From positions 14,136,001-14,200,000 of the forward strand of contig NC_087458.1 of NCBI RefSeq assembly GCF_036321535.1: DNA of 64,000 nucleotides, given 5' to 3'. This document shows positions 12,585 to 25,278 of the stretch, in pieces. The DNA comes from Camelus dromedarius. Its lineage: Eukaryota. Both the position numbers and the translations under genes were made by a program. The notes below the pieces were generated by a model that saw only the letters and a list, made by a program, of their open reading frames with translations, was not told the origin of the DNA and made no database searches. Each line of letters starts with the position of its first letter. Position 1 is the first letter of the stretch.

Positions 12585-13959
12585 ATGCCTAACGATCTTG
12601 GCACCGAGCGTCCTTCTGGGGCTGGGCGGGTTGCAAGCATCCAGCAGCTGCGCTGACGGCGAAGATCCTCCCTAGGGGGTCTGGACCTGGGCCAGCTCAG
12701 TGTGGTCGGAGATGGCTGTGCGCTCCAACACTGTCACGGGAGACATTCCCATGGAGTTTATGGAGAGGGGTGAAAGCTGCTCTTCCCTGGCTGGGAAAGT
12801 GTTCCATCTCTTCACAAGCTAGCAGAGGCTCCTTTCCCAGATCTGCCTTCCCCGCCTGCCTTGGGGAAAAGGGGAGCGGGGTATTTCTATTCCACTCCCC
12901 ACTCAGTTCCTCCCAGGAATGCCCTAAATTAATCCCAAATCAGGGGCCCCAGTCTTTCTCCCAGAGAAGGCATTGTTGGTTTATTGCCTGAAGCCTTGAG
13001 ACCAAACCTGAGTCCCAGTCTTTTGAATTACATCAGTGGTGGTAAATTAGCATTCACAGAGAGTATATTTGATTTTCAGAAGCAGCCAAAAATTATGCAA
13101 AGCCAAGTCTACTAAACAAGCGATGAAATAAAGGGGGAATATGGAAATACAGAGCCCAGGGCCTGGTGTATAGTGGGTTCTGGGTGGATGGTGGTGACGT
13201 GTGAATCTGGGTCTCCTGGTTGTTATTTAATGAGTTTTTGATATAGAACCATGAGACCGTTTTTCTTAGGTGGTCTCTAAACCAGCTCTGCAGACAAATG
13301 TAAAAAAGAACCAACCAAAGAAAATACCGTTGCAGCGAAAGTCTTGAAGATTTCAAAGCTAAATGTTAGTTGTCTGCCCAAGTTCCACATTTACTCAGAA
13401 ACACTCTTCCTTATAATTTTATATTTGCTTATTGTCTGTACCAATCCCTTAATTTATGTATACTTACTGGGCATCAAATATAAGATTAGTGTTGAAGATA
13501 AAGGACCAGAGGCCTTGGAGTTCAGTGGCACTTGCTCTGTGGCTGAGGTCCTCATACTGCCCACCAGGGGCTCCTGGGGCAAGTAAATCATTGACCTCGT
13601 GAGTCTAAGGTTCTTCATCCTTAGAAAGGAGATAACAAGATCTCCCCTGCCTATTTCTCCGAGGCCAGATTATAACTGCAGAAATTAACATGCTTTGTGA
13701 ATCCAAAGTGTCGTAGGCATATTTCTTAGTATCCCATGATCCTGGTGCTTTCTGTTTTCTCACTTATAAGTATCTTGAAGGCAAAGAACTTGCCTCACCT
13801 TCTTTGGTCACTGCCCACCGTGTCCATGAATTCTGCTAACAGTCTACCCACGGCTGGTTTTCCGGCTCAGAGCTCCAATCGGGAGGCCCCTGGGCTGGCT
13901 GCAGAACTGCACGGCTCACAACAGGCTGGCATCTATTGGCAATGAAGCCAAAGGTACCA

Positions 13960-14300
13960 ATCCCACTAAACATTTATTGAATGCCAACTTGCTCTCTGCC
14001 CAGAGCTGCTGTGGATACACAGTTGAATCAGACGTGATCTCTGCTCTCAAGGGGTTTACGAGTAAAGTCGATCGGACCTACAACTGGCCAGCAATGCAAA
14101 GTACTGTATTAGATATACTCAAAATCGAGGCACAAAATAATGGTAAAACTACAAAGATGGAGAGACCAGGACAAGCTTCCTAGGGATGTGGCATTTGAGC
14201 TGGCCTTACAGGATGAGTCGGTCTTGGATAAGTGCGGCTGGTGCAGAGGTCGTGCCAGGCAGAGGGGACGATCTGAGCAAAGACATCGCTAGCAGATTGT
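13960..14300 (-). mobile_element. L2 fragment
   Basis: aaacatttattgaatgcc...ctgctctcaagggg...gtggcatttgagctggcc. Confidence 0.65.
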
Positions 14301-15055
14301 TGGAGAAAACTTCGGGCGGTGGGAGGTGAGTGTGCTGTGTGATGTGTAAGAAGAACGCTGGCACATTTTGCTTTGGGGTCTCGCCTCGGGGAGCCTTCAC
14401 TGTCCTGCTAAAACACCTGGGCTCATCTCAGAATCGAAAGAAAACTGTTGCAGCCGAAGCACTTGGCTGAAGGGCTCAGGTGGGCCATCTGGGCCACCTC
14501 CAAGGGGGGTGCAGGCATGACATTGCCAAGGCTGAGGGACTGGCAACCAAAGACGGCAGAGGCAAGGTGGCACGTGTCCTGGCCCGGATTTTGACCAGCA
14601 CATAATGTTGCAAAGCCTCTAAAGCCGGTGGGATGTAGACAGAAAAGGGCTTTCTTTTCTTCCAGCCACAGCCTCCAAACTGCCCTTTAGTCACTCTTTG
14701 CCCATTGACGGTGCCTCAGGCAAAGCTCAGAACATCTCATTTTGGGAGTTAAAACATCCAGTCTTAGTTAGAGGTTCTTCTGTGACCCCACTCATTTGGC
14801 TTGGGTATGAGGGTCCTTCCCCTTTCCTGGGCCCCCTGGAGGGTTGGGGTAAAGCCACAGCACTGCCCCCAAGCACCCCTTATTCTTAGGAACTCTCTTC
14901 TTAAATTTCAGTCTTCTATGAATATAGCTTAAGAAGACACATAAGATAGACGTCACCTACCTTAGTAGGTCCCTGTGGATGCATCTCGTAGGTGGGACAA
15001 GGAGGGGAACTTTCAAGTTTTTGTTCCATTAGTGATGCTTCAGGACAGAGTCTGG

Positions 15056-15261
15056 ATCTCAGCACTGTTGACATTCGGGGCCTGACAGTTCTTTGTTGTA
15101 AGGGCTGCCATGTGCACCATAGATGTTTAACAGTTTCCCCAGCACTTACCCAGTAGACCCCCTCACCCCTGGTGGTGACAATCTCTTCCGACATTGCTAA
15201 AGCTCTTGTCCCCTAGGGGACAGTAGAGGGATACAAAATTGCCCCCTGATGAGAACCACCA
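15056..15261 (+). mobile_element. MER20 (hAT-Charlie DNA transposon)
   Basis: cagcactgttgacattcggggcc...acattgc...aaaattgccccctgatgagaaccac follows the MER20 consensus. Confidence 0.85.
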
Positions 15262-17142
15262 CTTAACAGACAAAAGGAAGTCATTGAAAGGTTTTGAGCA
15301 AGGAAGTAATATAAAATTATCATCAAATGTCATTCAGTTGGTTTCATTGAATGTTGAGAACAGGAATGGCCAAGGCCAAGAAATGTTTACTCTGCAAATG
15401 ACATCTTTTGAATAATCCCTAATAGTGTGCATAACACTATCTCAACTCATTTTCACACCAACCTTCTGAGGAGGGCAGGGGACGGTGTCTCACTGATGTA
15501 GCGTAAATACAGAGGAGGAGGAGGCGGATGTGTGAGGAGCTATCAGCCTGAAGCATCAGGGTTGGAGGAGAGAAGTGGGGAGGGAGCTTTTCCATGGAGC
15601 CTAGGACTTTCTTTTCAGAGCAGGAATCCTGGAGGAAGTGTTTGGATTGATAATGATAGATACTGTAACTAATGTGAATTCAGCGCTGACCATGTACTGT
15701 GTGTCTCATCCATCCTCTCACTTAATTCAACAGGTTTCCACGAGCAGGTACTATTGTTATTCCCAGTTTACAAAGTCAAAGGTGGTGACATGAGCTGAAT
15801 GGGGAAAAGTCTGTCTCTTCAGAGATGTGGGCTCTGGAAGCTTCTCGTGGCTACTGCAGATCTGAGTCTTAAGGAAGATTGAACATTCTGGGGTGTGAGG
15901 GGGACAGGTCAGGAAGGAGGTGGCCTTAGGGATCCTGAATGTCATGGGACCAGCCTGGGAAGAGATGCCCCCCCTGCCAGCTCTTGCCAAGCTCAGTGGG
16001 TTCTGTGACAGCAGTTTCAGGAGACATCCCCTGATGGATGTGTAGATGCCCCGCTGGGCCTTCAGCAGCCTGAATTTTGCTCTGGGCAAGAGCTAAGATT
16101 CAGTGAGGAAGAAATCAAAGAGTGGAATGGAGCTCGGGGTACCACACACGGAGCATGGTGCGTTCCCTGGAAGAACCATGTTACCTGTAAGGCAGTCGAA
16201 TGTGCTCAGTGAGTTATGCTGGCAGAAGGAAGAGGTCAGGGAGCCCACAGTTAAATTTTAGTCTCCTCCCATCCTAATCCCTTTCATCTTGGTTCACAAA
16301 TAAATGTAGATTAAAAAAAGAAAAAGAAAAAATTGCATAATTAAGACTGTAATTCCATTGCTTAATGTCCAAGACTAAGGGATCCTTAAACTATTCTTTT
16401 CCAGGAATAAAGCAATTTTTATTTCTCCAAAATTATCTGATCACTGATGGATGTATTTGGACTGGAGAGTTAGCCCTGGAGTTTTTCTGAAAGGACAAGT
16501 TGTTGATGGGGAATGAGGCAACTGCCACCCAAGGCCTTTAGGAAATTCTTCCCAGTGTGGAACCCAATTTAACAACACACATTTACTACATGTCTACTTC
16601 ATGCCAGGCCCTGGGATCAGGCTCTGGTGGGATGCAGAAGGTAAGCAGGACTGCCACATACAGTTGCTCAGGTTGTACACTACAATCCTAAGGGGCACCA
16701 TGAGAATCACAGGACAGATTTGTATATCCATTAAGCCCTGTTCCTGCAGATGGCAGGAATGTGTCTTGAAGAAGACAGGCTGTGTAAACTGGCTGTGATG
16801 TCAGCTACACAGATTCTACCCTCAAGGAGCTTACTGTCCAGCAGACAGAAGGACTCTAAGACACAAGGAGATCGTAAGCTAGAAGCTGGAAGAGATTTTT
16901 CTTTCTTTCTCTTTTAAGAGCAAGCTATGTAGGGTTAGCTAATGATGGAAAACAAATTTGGTGCACTCTGGTCTTTTTGCTATTGCCAGTTAATGACAGA
17001 AAATCCATTCCTTTGTTACTACCTCCCACCAACTCCTTGGATCCAAGAACTTTCCCCCATCAGGGAACATCTTCTCTTGGTCTTATATACTCCACTGCTC
17101 CCAGTCAGGACAAGTTGTTAGTAATCACTATTCTTAAGAGGA

Positions 17143-17186
17143 AAAAAGCAAAAAAAAACAAAAACAAAAACAAAAACAGAAAAACC
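17143..17186. repeat. (AAAAAC)n A-rich repeat just downstream of the gene
   Basis: Seen directly. Confidence 0.8.
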
Positions 17187-17424
17187 AAGCTGACTCTGAA
17201 AAACAATGTTTCTTCTTAATCGCTCCAGGGGCTACCCTGGGGCAAAGCTGGATGTGCCCAGCTTAGACTTGGAGTATCTAACTGTGGGATTTATTGTTGC
17301 AGGACCCCAGCCCCAGTGCCCCTTCCCTAACCCCCAGTGCCTTTCCCCCCACATCTGCGATAACTGCCCTGCAGCACAATAACACACCCCGTGCTCCAAG
17401 CAATGCCAATAGCATATATATCAC

Positions 17425-17430
17425 TTTATT
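17425..17430 (-). terminator. Likely main poly(A) signal AATAAA
   Basis: Canonical hexamer followed on the minus strand by GU-rich ggggtgtgttattgtg (about 17372-17390). Confidence 0.7.
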
Positions 17431-17614
17431 ATTCATTCATTGGCTTTCCATGGCAAGTGAAAAAATAATTTAAACCAATTATATGTACAGAGGCTTGGTT
17501 AGTTTTCCCAAGGACTTCCAGAAAGATCCCTATCCCCTTAAATAGCAAAGAAAGTTTACCTTTAACATCCATACAAAACTCCACCTATAAAAGTCGCATG
17601 TGTAGAAAGATTTC

Positions 17615-17620
17615 TTTATT
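17615..17620 (-). terminator. Proximal AATAAA (possible alternative poly(A) signal)
   Basis: Canonical hexamer about 125 nt after the stop codon. Confidence 0.4.
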
Positions 17621-17745
17621 AGAAGCATCACGTTTTGGGAACAGGAAGGGGTCAGGGTGGGAGGGTGGAGGAACGTGTGCAGGGCGGGGGTCCACACACA
17701 CCTGCCCGGGCTAGTCCTGCGTGGGGATGCTGTCGCTGGCGGGGC

Positions 17746-17893
17746 TCAGGTGATCTGCAGAGGGGTCTCCAACATCTCCATGAGGAAAGTGTCAATGGGC
17801 GTGTCCCCGATGAGCTTGAAGAAGAAAAGGTGCTCCAGGCATTTCAAGCCGATGGAGCGCAGGGCTGGGAGGCGCAGCAGCAGTTTGGCAAAC
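17746..17893 (-). CDS. RXRG: RXRG coding exon 10 (dimer interface and AF-2, stop), 148 nt coding
   Basis: cttccccgcag|GTTTGCC...ACCTGA; [49 protein letters not shown]. Confidence 0.98.
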
Positions 17894-18651
17894 CTGCGGG
17901 GAAGCCAGGAGACATTAGGACCTGGGGATGTGCATGCATGGGGCAGCTGCCAGCAGGAGGCAGCTCTTCTGGGCTCCTTGATTAGAAGAGCCTGGAAGGG
18001 GACACTAAGGCAGCTGGAGAATCCCTAATCCTGGGGAGCGTCAGAAATAGAGTTCTTGTTAAGCCTCTTAAAGGTGGAAGTTGGACCTGTGACCTCTTGA
18101 GAAGCTCTTGAATTCTGTGGCCATGCCCCAGAATGGCCCTCAATACCCCCACTCATGGTGGTTGAGAGGAAGAGCTAGCCTGCTTCTGTGGACGCACATC
18201 TCCAGCCCTAACGAGCCGGTGTTCCTTACGTCCTCTGTGCCCGAGGGTTCCTGTGAAAACTTGCGGCAGCACTTAGAGCAGAGCATGGCAGAGCGAAGGG
18301 CAGGAGCTGTGGCAGCCCTCACGCTTGGATGACCACATGTGTGCACCTGCCACGCGCCCCCCCCCCCCCCAGGCACTGCAGAAGGTTCTGGGGCCCAGGT
18401 GAGCCCTTTCCCTCAGGATAGGCAGTTCCTACCTCCTCACCAGACACCCCCCCCCCGTTCCTCACAGCACACTAACGGTAAGCAATGTGCCCTCAGTCTG
18501 CCTCATTTACCAGATTTTGTTCCCAATCTATGACCACTTTATACATCACTTCTTAGTCTGTGTTTATCTTTAAATTAGGAAGAGAGAGAAAGAAAAAAAA
18601 AATAGTAGACTCTGCCCCTGAGGGGCCCGTGGTCTGTTTGGGGAGATCATA

Positions 18652-18830
18652 TACACAGAGATGCACACACACACACTCACACATGTGCGCGCGTGCACAC
18701 CCTCCCCACTCTCACACATGCACATGCACACACACACATTCACTCACACTCATACACCCTTGCACACACTCACATTCTCCTCTGCTCTCACCTGCCCTCA
18801 CACACTAGTACACACACTCACACACACTCT
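18652..18830. repeat. Degenerate CA-rich simple repeat
   Basis: Interrupted cacacactcaca runs. Confidence 0.85.
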
Positions 18831-19811
18831 CTCTTCTGTAATGAAGGACCTCAGCTGTGAGGCTCACCAAAGGGAGAGACCCTAGTGTGTGAAGGACTCA
18901 GCCTCACGCCTGCAAGGTCCTTTCCAGGCCCCTCAGTCTGCCACACTGCCCACCTGCCTCTGTGGTCCCTCTTCGGCTCTCATAATCCTTTGTGCCAGTG
19001 AAGCATATGTTTAATGTTATTAATCAGGATGACTGGAAATCAAATAACTCTACTCACAACTTCCAGTAAAAAGGACAAGAGCTGAAACCACGTTGGTCGC
19101 TATGGCTTGAAATCAGCAGTTCCCGGTGGGACTGGCTCTTCACTGGACGTCATGCCATCATTTCATGCAACGTTTTCAAATGGGAATTTTAATACTCCTT
19201 AAAAATGCGTATCTGTCTACATTAGAGCCACATGAAGTTTTAAGGAAATGTGGGAACATAAGAAAAATAAAGTCGTACCATCTAAAAGAGTTGGAATTAC
19301 TTCCCTACGTGGAAACTTTAACGGTCTAGACCAAGGCCAACACAAACCTTCAAAAATGTTGGATTACTCAGCCTCTGAGTGCATTTGACCAGTATCCCTG
19401 TGCAGCGAGAGGCTGTCAGATCAAGGATAAGGAGGCTGAGTGCCTAGTCGTGGCTCTGCCAAGAACCAGTTTTATGGAATTAGGCAGAGTTGAGTGTTCT
19501 GTAAAGTGTGAAGTTGGGCTGAGAGTAGCTCTGAAAGTGGATTTTTTTTTTTTTACTCTAAATGTCAAAGTTTGACAATGTGTGAAGTGCTAACCACACT
19601 GTAACACTGCTCTCTTTGCTGTCTGTCCCGGGTTTAGGAGCTGAGATCAGGGCAGTGGAAATAAACACGCCTGCTAATGGCCACAGTCCCGGGGCAGCCG
19701 TCACGTTCCTGGCTCACATGTTGGCAGCAAGGGGGACTCACAGCCTTTGAAGGCACCTGCTCCGCGAAAGAGAGAATATATTCCTATGAGCTCTGTCCCC
19801 CACCTGGGTTT

Positions 19812-20067
19812 CTTTTTAATTGAAGTATGGTCAGTGTACAATGTTGTGTCAATTTCTGGTGTACAGCATAATAGTTCAGCCATACATACACGTACATATA
19901 TTCCTTTTCATATTATTTTTCACCATAAGTTACTACAAGATATTGAATATACTTCCCTGTGCTGTACAGCATGAACTTGTTGTTCGTCTATTTTATATAC
20001 AGTAGTTAATATCTGCAAATCTTGAACTCCCAATTTATCCCTTCCCACCCCTCCCCCCACCCTCCTG
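19812..20067 (-). mobile_element. Young L1 3' end in intron 9 (sense to RXRG)
   Basis: ttgaagtatggtcagtgtacaatgttgtgtcaatttctgg...; TSD cctgggttt (19803-19811 / 20068-20076). Confidence 0.88.
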
Positions 20068-21099
20068 CCTGGGTTTTGAGCTCTCCTTTGCAGCTAGATG
20101 AAGCAGAACGCCTCGCCCCTGGGAGGTGCACTTCTGGAAAGTCTCCACGGAGTGGCAGCCCTCCACCACCGAGAAAGAGAAAACCACCTTCACGGGCTGT
20201 GCTGGGAACCCCTTACCACTTTCTGCAAACCAGAGGTGACCAGCCTTCAGCACGCTTGCCCACCTGGTGGAGTCATGTGACATCCCCAGTGGACCTGCTC
20301 GGCCTCGGGGGCTCACCCTCCGTCCAGGCAGTGCTGGACGCGCCCAAGGGACATGCGCGGGGCCTGGCTTCTGCACCTCCTCCCTGAACCCCCAGGCCCT
20401 GCCCTAGTGTTGGCATCTCCTCCTGGTGCCTGGAGGCAGCCGAGGCACCCCCTGGCAGTTTCCTTCCTAAGAAATCAGCTAGTTCCACGGTTTTTAAAGT
20501 GATTCTCATTAGAAACCATCTAAATGTCAACCCCGGGGCTGTGACTAGATACATTAGGAAGCATCCGCCCAATACAAAAGCATCAAAATCAATAATTCTC
20601 TACTTTTCAGTATCTGATAAAATGCCTAAAATAGCTAACGGAGGAAATACACTAAACTGTATGATTTCCTATCTAAACACACATTTCTATGTATGCATTC
20701 ATTGATGCGCAAAGCTACTAGAGAGAAATATACCCCCAAAACTTCGGTCAATTTTTTTACCTGCTTTATTTTTTTGAATTTTTTTAAATTTCCTACTGAA
20801 GTATGCTTTGCTTTTAAAATAAGGAAAAAGAGAGTTTTGTTTGTTAAAGAGATAAACAGCACTACCCAGAGCTACTTTCCACCCAGGGAAAGGATGGCCC
20901 TTCTTAGTCCTGATGCCCTGCACACACTACTGCGCACAAGAAAACGTGTGGTGCTGCCTTGCGGCTGGGAGATTTCATACAGTTCATCCAGCACAGGGTT
21001 TCCAGGCATCGCCCACTGGACAGAGGCTGAGCGATGCTGGCAGCCAGGCCCTACTGTAGAGGTAGGAGAGACTGCCAGGGGTCCACCAAAATCCCGTCT

Positions 21100-21470
21100 C
21101 CCCTTCTTCCTCGGCATCCAGCTGCATACACTTCCCAGTTGCGGCTGGCTGGGCCGTGTGACCGAGTCTTAGCCAATGGCAGTGAGTAAAGGAAAGGGGG
21201 GTGCTTTCCAGGTCCAGGGGTTGCCCACCTGGCCTCACCTCTGTGCTCCTCCCCGTCTACCCCCTCCACCATCAGGAGGCAGAACACAATGCGTCTCGGG
21301 ACACGGTGGAGCCCCAAGAAGGAAGGAGCCTGGGTCCCCGAGTGATGGTGTGGAAGAAAGTCAACACTCTAGACTGATTACCCACCCAGGACTGATTTGT
21401 GAGCAAGAAATAAACCCGTGTTCAGCTACCGACGTTTGAGAGGTCTGCTGTCACAGCTTGCTCGCTCTCC
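21100..21470 (+). mobile_element. MLT1 solo LTR in intron 9
   Basis: ttcccag...gccaatgg...gaaataaac...gctgtcacagc. Confidence 0.65.
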
Positions 21471-22434
21471 CACCCAAGGCCTGCATGTTTACCCTCCCAC
21501 AGGGCCGGGACCCACTTTCCCCGATGCCTTCATCGCCTCTGATGAAAAACAGAGCTCAGCCTGCTCTGGACAGCTGATAGACAGCGGCTTATGATCCAGG
21601 ACAAATGGGTTAATGGAAATGAGACTTCACAGAGGAATAAAAGCCATCCGTGAGAACTGGGAACATATACAATGAATTCTAAAAAACAAACCAATGTCTT
21701 TAAAGCAGTTTTTTCAAGCTTCATTTTCAGGTTTCTGTGAGATCTGAGGGTCACCTTCTCTCTTTTTAACTAGAATTAGCAGAGGACGAAAGCGTTTCTT
21801 TAGCTCTGCTTTGGGGGAAACATTTGAGGAAAGCATTTTCTTAATGACTCCGGAATACTGGTAAAGGGCCTCAGAGATCCTCTGACCAATGTCTTCCTTT
21901 GCAGCGAAGGAGCCCTGACCCAGTGCCTTGCCCCAGGCTACACAGACGGCACCCTCGGGGCCAGCGGTCACCCCTCTCAGCTACCAAAGCCTGTACCTTC
22001 TACCACAGGGGGGCTTCCCTGGGGCCAAAGCAGAGAGCAGTGCAGTCCCCCTGGAAAGCACAAGCTCTCTGAAATCAAACAAACTTGGGTTCACACCTCG
22101 CCCCGCCATGCACCGGCTCTGTGACCCTGGGCCAGTTCCTTGACCTTTCTGAGCCAAGGTGCCTTTTTAAAATCAGAGATAATGATTCCCATAGTCGTTC
22201 GTTCATTTGCATATTCATTCAACCTTTCAAGGTGTGTAGTGTGTGTCGAGCACTGCATTAGGCTCTGATGCTGGAATGCTGAAGAGCGGGTGAGCAAGAG
22301 AGACCAGACCTCTTGGAGCCAATGTTTTATTGGCTTTGATCTTGTGAAAAAATCTAGACAGTGCCTGCTGCACGTCACCATCCACCAGTGGCAAATAAGA
22401 AGGGTTGCCATGGTCATTACCAGCACGCCCTTAC

Positions 22435-22540
22435 CTGCCTGGCTGTTCCGGGTACTTCTGCTTGGTGTACGCCTCGAGGGTGGCGTAAACTTTCTCTCGC
22501 AGAGTCTCTACCTCGGAGGGGTTGGACAGACCCTTGGCAT
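22435..22540 (-). CDS. RXRG: RXRG coding exon 9 (LBD), 106 nt
   Basis: tttttcag|ATGCC...GGCAG|gtaagg; [35 protein letters not shown]. Confidence 0.98.
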
Positions 22541-23059
22541 CTGAAAAAGATGACGATTTTAACCACTGGTTACACACCTCTGCTGGACACCCCACTACAA
22601 AGGCTGTCCCCATTCACTACACAGGCCACCTCCCATGGAGTGACCAGAGACACGCTGGATGGGGGACAATTGTGAAAAACACAAAGCTGGTTCTTTGTGC
22701 CCCAGCTCTCCTTTCTGTACCCCAACTATCCAATAAACTCTTGTGGCAAAAATACCCACCACTGACTCCAGGGAGGGGAGTTTTATTCTACTGAGTGCTT
22801 ACCAAGTGCTAAGCATGGACTGAGTGAAGGGATGGGGGTACAAAACCCTGACAGGCCCATGTCCTACATCAACTATCTGACCACCTAATTCAGGAGATGG
22901 AGCGCGTGCATAAATCACCATGTAATTCTGAAAGCTTCTCTTTCTTAACCCCCAGCAGCATCTGACGTGGCAGATCACTTCCTCTTTCTTAAATTGCTTC
23001 TTTTCCCTGGGCCCCCAGGACCCCACTCTCTCGTTCTTCCCTGTCTCACTCACTTTCTT

Positions 23060-23700
23060 TGCAACATCTAAATGTCGCCAGTGCCCCAGGGCTCAGCCCT
23101 CAGCCCTGTTCTCCGCTCTGCCTCGGTGTGCCCCCCTGATGAGTGCATACCAGTCTCAGAGCCCGGCATGCCAGGTCTAGGCTGACGGCTCTCAAACGTA
23201 CGTCTCAGGTCCTCTTCTCTGAACTCCAGACTCATGTAAACAGTTGCTTCTTGGACAGCTACCCAGATCTGAATGTCTGAGTAAAGACATTCATTCAGCT
23301 GCATACAGTCCCCAGTCCCCTTTGCAGCTGGCTGGGCCGCTTGATTGAGACTTGGCCAATGGCAGTGAGTAAAAGGAGGAGGACCCATTCCAGGTCTAGG
23401 TGTTTCCTACCCACCCACCCTTAGGAGCCCCATTTCAGTCCATGAAAAATCTGCTTTTCCAACTGCTCAGGAAAACAAAAAAATCCTAAGAATTATATTT
23501 AATACCTCTCTTTGTTTCACACCTTATATGCAATTCATCAGCAAATCCCACTGGCTTTGCCTAAAAATACATTCAGAACCCGACCATGTTTTAACACCTC
23601 CTTTACTACTACCCCAGGCCTCTGTCCTCGCCTGTCTTCCCCACACGCCCCTCAGCATGCGCACTCCTAGTCCACCCGACACACTTTTTTCAAGACGGCT
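23060..23700 (+). mobile_element. L2 fragment interrupted by an MLT1-derived segment
   Basis: ctgaactccagactc...ttcatcagcaaatccc...aaaatacattcagaacc. Confidence 0.7.
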
Positions 23701-23853
23701 GGAGGAGCACAGGCCATGAAGAGTCGGCGCTCTGCCCTCCCCAAGGGCAGGTTTCCTGGCCCTGCCTTCTCTGTCTCAGCCGAGCTAGGGGACCACAAGA
23801 CATCAGTGCACTGGGGGCTGACCACGGAGAAGGGCTACGCACTACGCAGTCAC

Positions 23854-23945
23854 CTGGGTTAAACAGCACGATGGCTCGCAGGCACCCCAGCTCCGACTTA
23901 TCCATCTGCATGTCTTTCATCTTGGAGACCAGCTCGGTGAGGACT
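23854..23945 (-). CDS. RXRG: RXRG coding exon 8 (LBD), 92 nt
   Basis: gcgaacag|AGTCC...AACCCAG|gtgact; [31 protein letters not shown]. Confidence 0.98.
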
Positions 23946-24019
23946 CTGTTCGCAGGAAACGATGGCAGGTGATGAGAAGATCATGAGTACCAGGCCAAGG
24001 GCTGATAAAATGGATGCAA

Positions 24020-24500
24020 CCCGTACTTATTATACACCCACCCCATTTTCTAGATGATGTGCCAGGTGCTAGGGGCACAAAGATGAGTCAGATGCAGCCC
24101 CTGATGTCAAGGAGCTCACGGCCGAATTGAAGGAGGAGACACAGAAGCAACACATAGCAGCAGCCCAAAGCCAATAAGCGGCATGGTGAGGGTCCCGGGG
24201 AGCACCAAGGGGAGGGCAGTGAGCTCAGAGAGGGCGCTGCAAAGGCGGCCTAGAGGACTGGGAAACTGGTAGAAATGCAGCCAGCAAAGGAGGGCGAGGG
24301 CTTCGCACGTCCGGAAGAACACAGCGGAGGACGGTGTTCAGTGATGGGGGGAAATCTCCAGGCACCATCAAGAGGGCTGAGTTCACTGAAGACCACGTTG
24401 GTCTCCGTGTGGAACATGTTGTGGGCAAAGGCAGGGAAAGAGTAGAGACAGCTTAAGTAGACATGCACTTGGCCCTGGAAGGCCACTTATAATGGTGTTA
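24020..24500 (-). mobile_element. L2 fragment
   Basis: tgccaggtgctaggggcacaaagatgagtcaga...caaggagctc. Confidence 0.65.
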
Positions 24501-25145
24501 GAAAGGGACCACGGAGCTCAGGCATTGGACAGAGAGACTGTTTTCAACCTCATCCTTCTTTTTGCCAGTTCTCCACCCTGTCACCCCCAAGGCATTCATC
24601 TCTACTCATTCCACTCAGCTCTTTAAATCACCTGGCTTAATTTCCCTTTAGCACCACTGAAGGCACAGAATCCCAGACTGAGGCTGTTGCTGCCTGACGG
24701 TGGTAGGTCTTCCCCTGCTGCTGGCCTCCCCCAGGGACCCTGGTGCAGCGTCTAGCAAACCCTTCAGCTCATCTTTCCTGGACTCCTAACATCAGATCCT
24801 GCACCCTTCTTCCCATCCTGCCTCCTAGGAAAGGCATTTCAAGCTCCCCTCTTCCACCTTACTGGGTACTGTCAATAATCCAGTCTCTTTCTTGGAAACC
24901 CACTGGGATCACAGATTCTTTCGTCTGCCAGTAACTGTTGGCCTGGGGCTCCACCTCTCTATCAACCTTTCTTTTAATCCCTTCTCATTCCCCAGGTTTA
25001 TGTTTTAGATGCTGAATGGTCTCTGCTTCCAGCCACATACAGCTGTGTGGGCCATCCATCCCCCATCTCAGCATTACCCACAGGGACCTGCCCACACGTG
25101 CACACACGTACACACACACAAGCACTGGAGGCAGAAGAGAGCCAC

Positions 25146-25278
25146 CTGTCAAAGATGGAGCCGACCCCAGCGCTGTGGGCACTGCTCCGGTGGACGTGTA
25201 AACCCGTGGCCAGAAGGATGCCATCCTGCACAGAAACTGAGCGGTGGGAAAAGGAGGCGATGAGCAATTCATTCCACC
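25146..25278 (-). CDS. RXRG: RXRG coding exon 7 (LBD), 133 nt
   Basis: tccttgcag|GGTGG...GACAG|gtggct; [44 protein letters not shown]. Confidence 0.98.

Larger units (their letters stand above)
17400..17745 (-). other. RXRG: RXRG 3'UTR (end approximate)
   Basis: Follows TGA; AATAAA at 17615-17620 and 17425-17430. Confidence 0.75.

Noticed and set aside
1-17100. Neighbouring gene (LMX1A), tRNA/snRNA/miRNA genes, CRISPR or prokaryotic systems
   Set aside because: No LIM-homeodomain exons, RNA-gene signatures or spacer-repeat arrays seen; the DNA is ordinary repeat-rich mammalian intergenic sequence.
23946-23975. RXRB-style SLSR alternative acceptor before exon 8
   Set aside because: No AG 12 nt upstream of the canonical acceptor.
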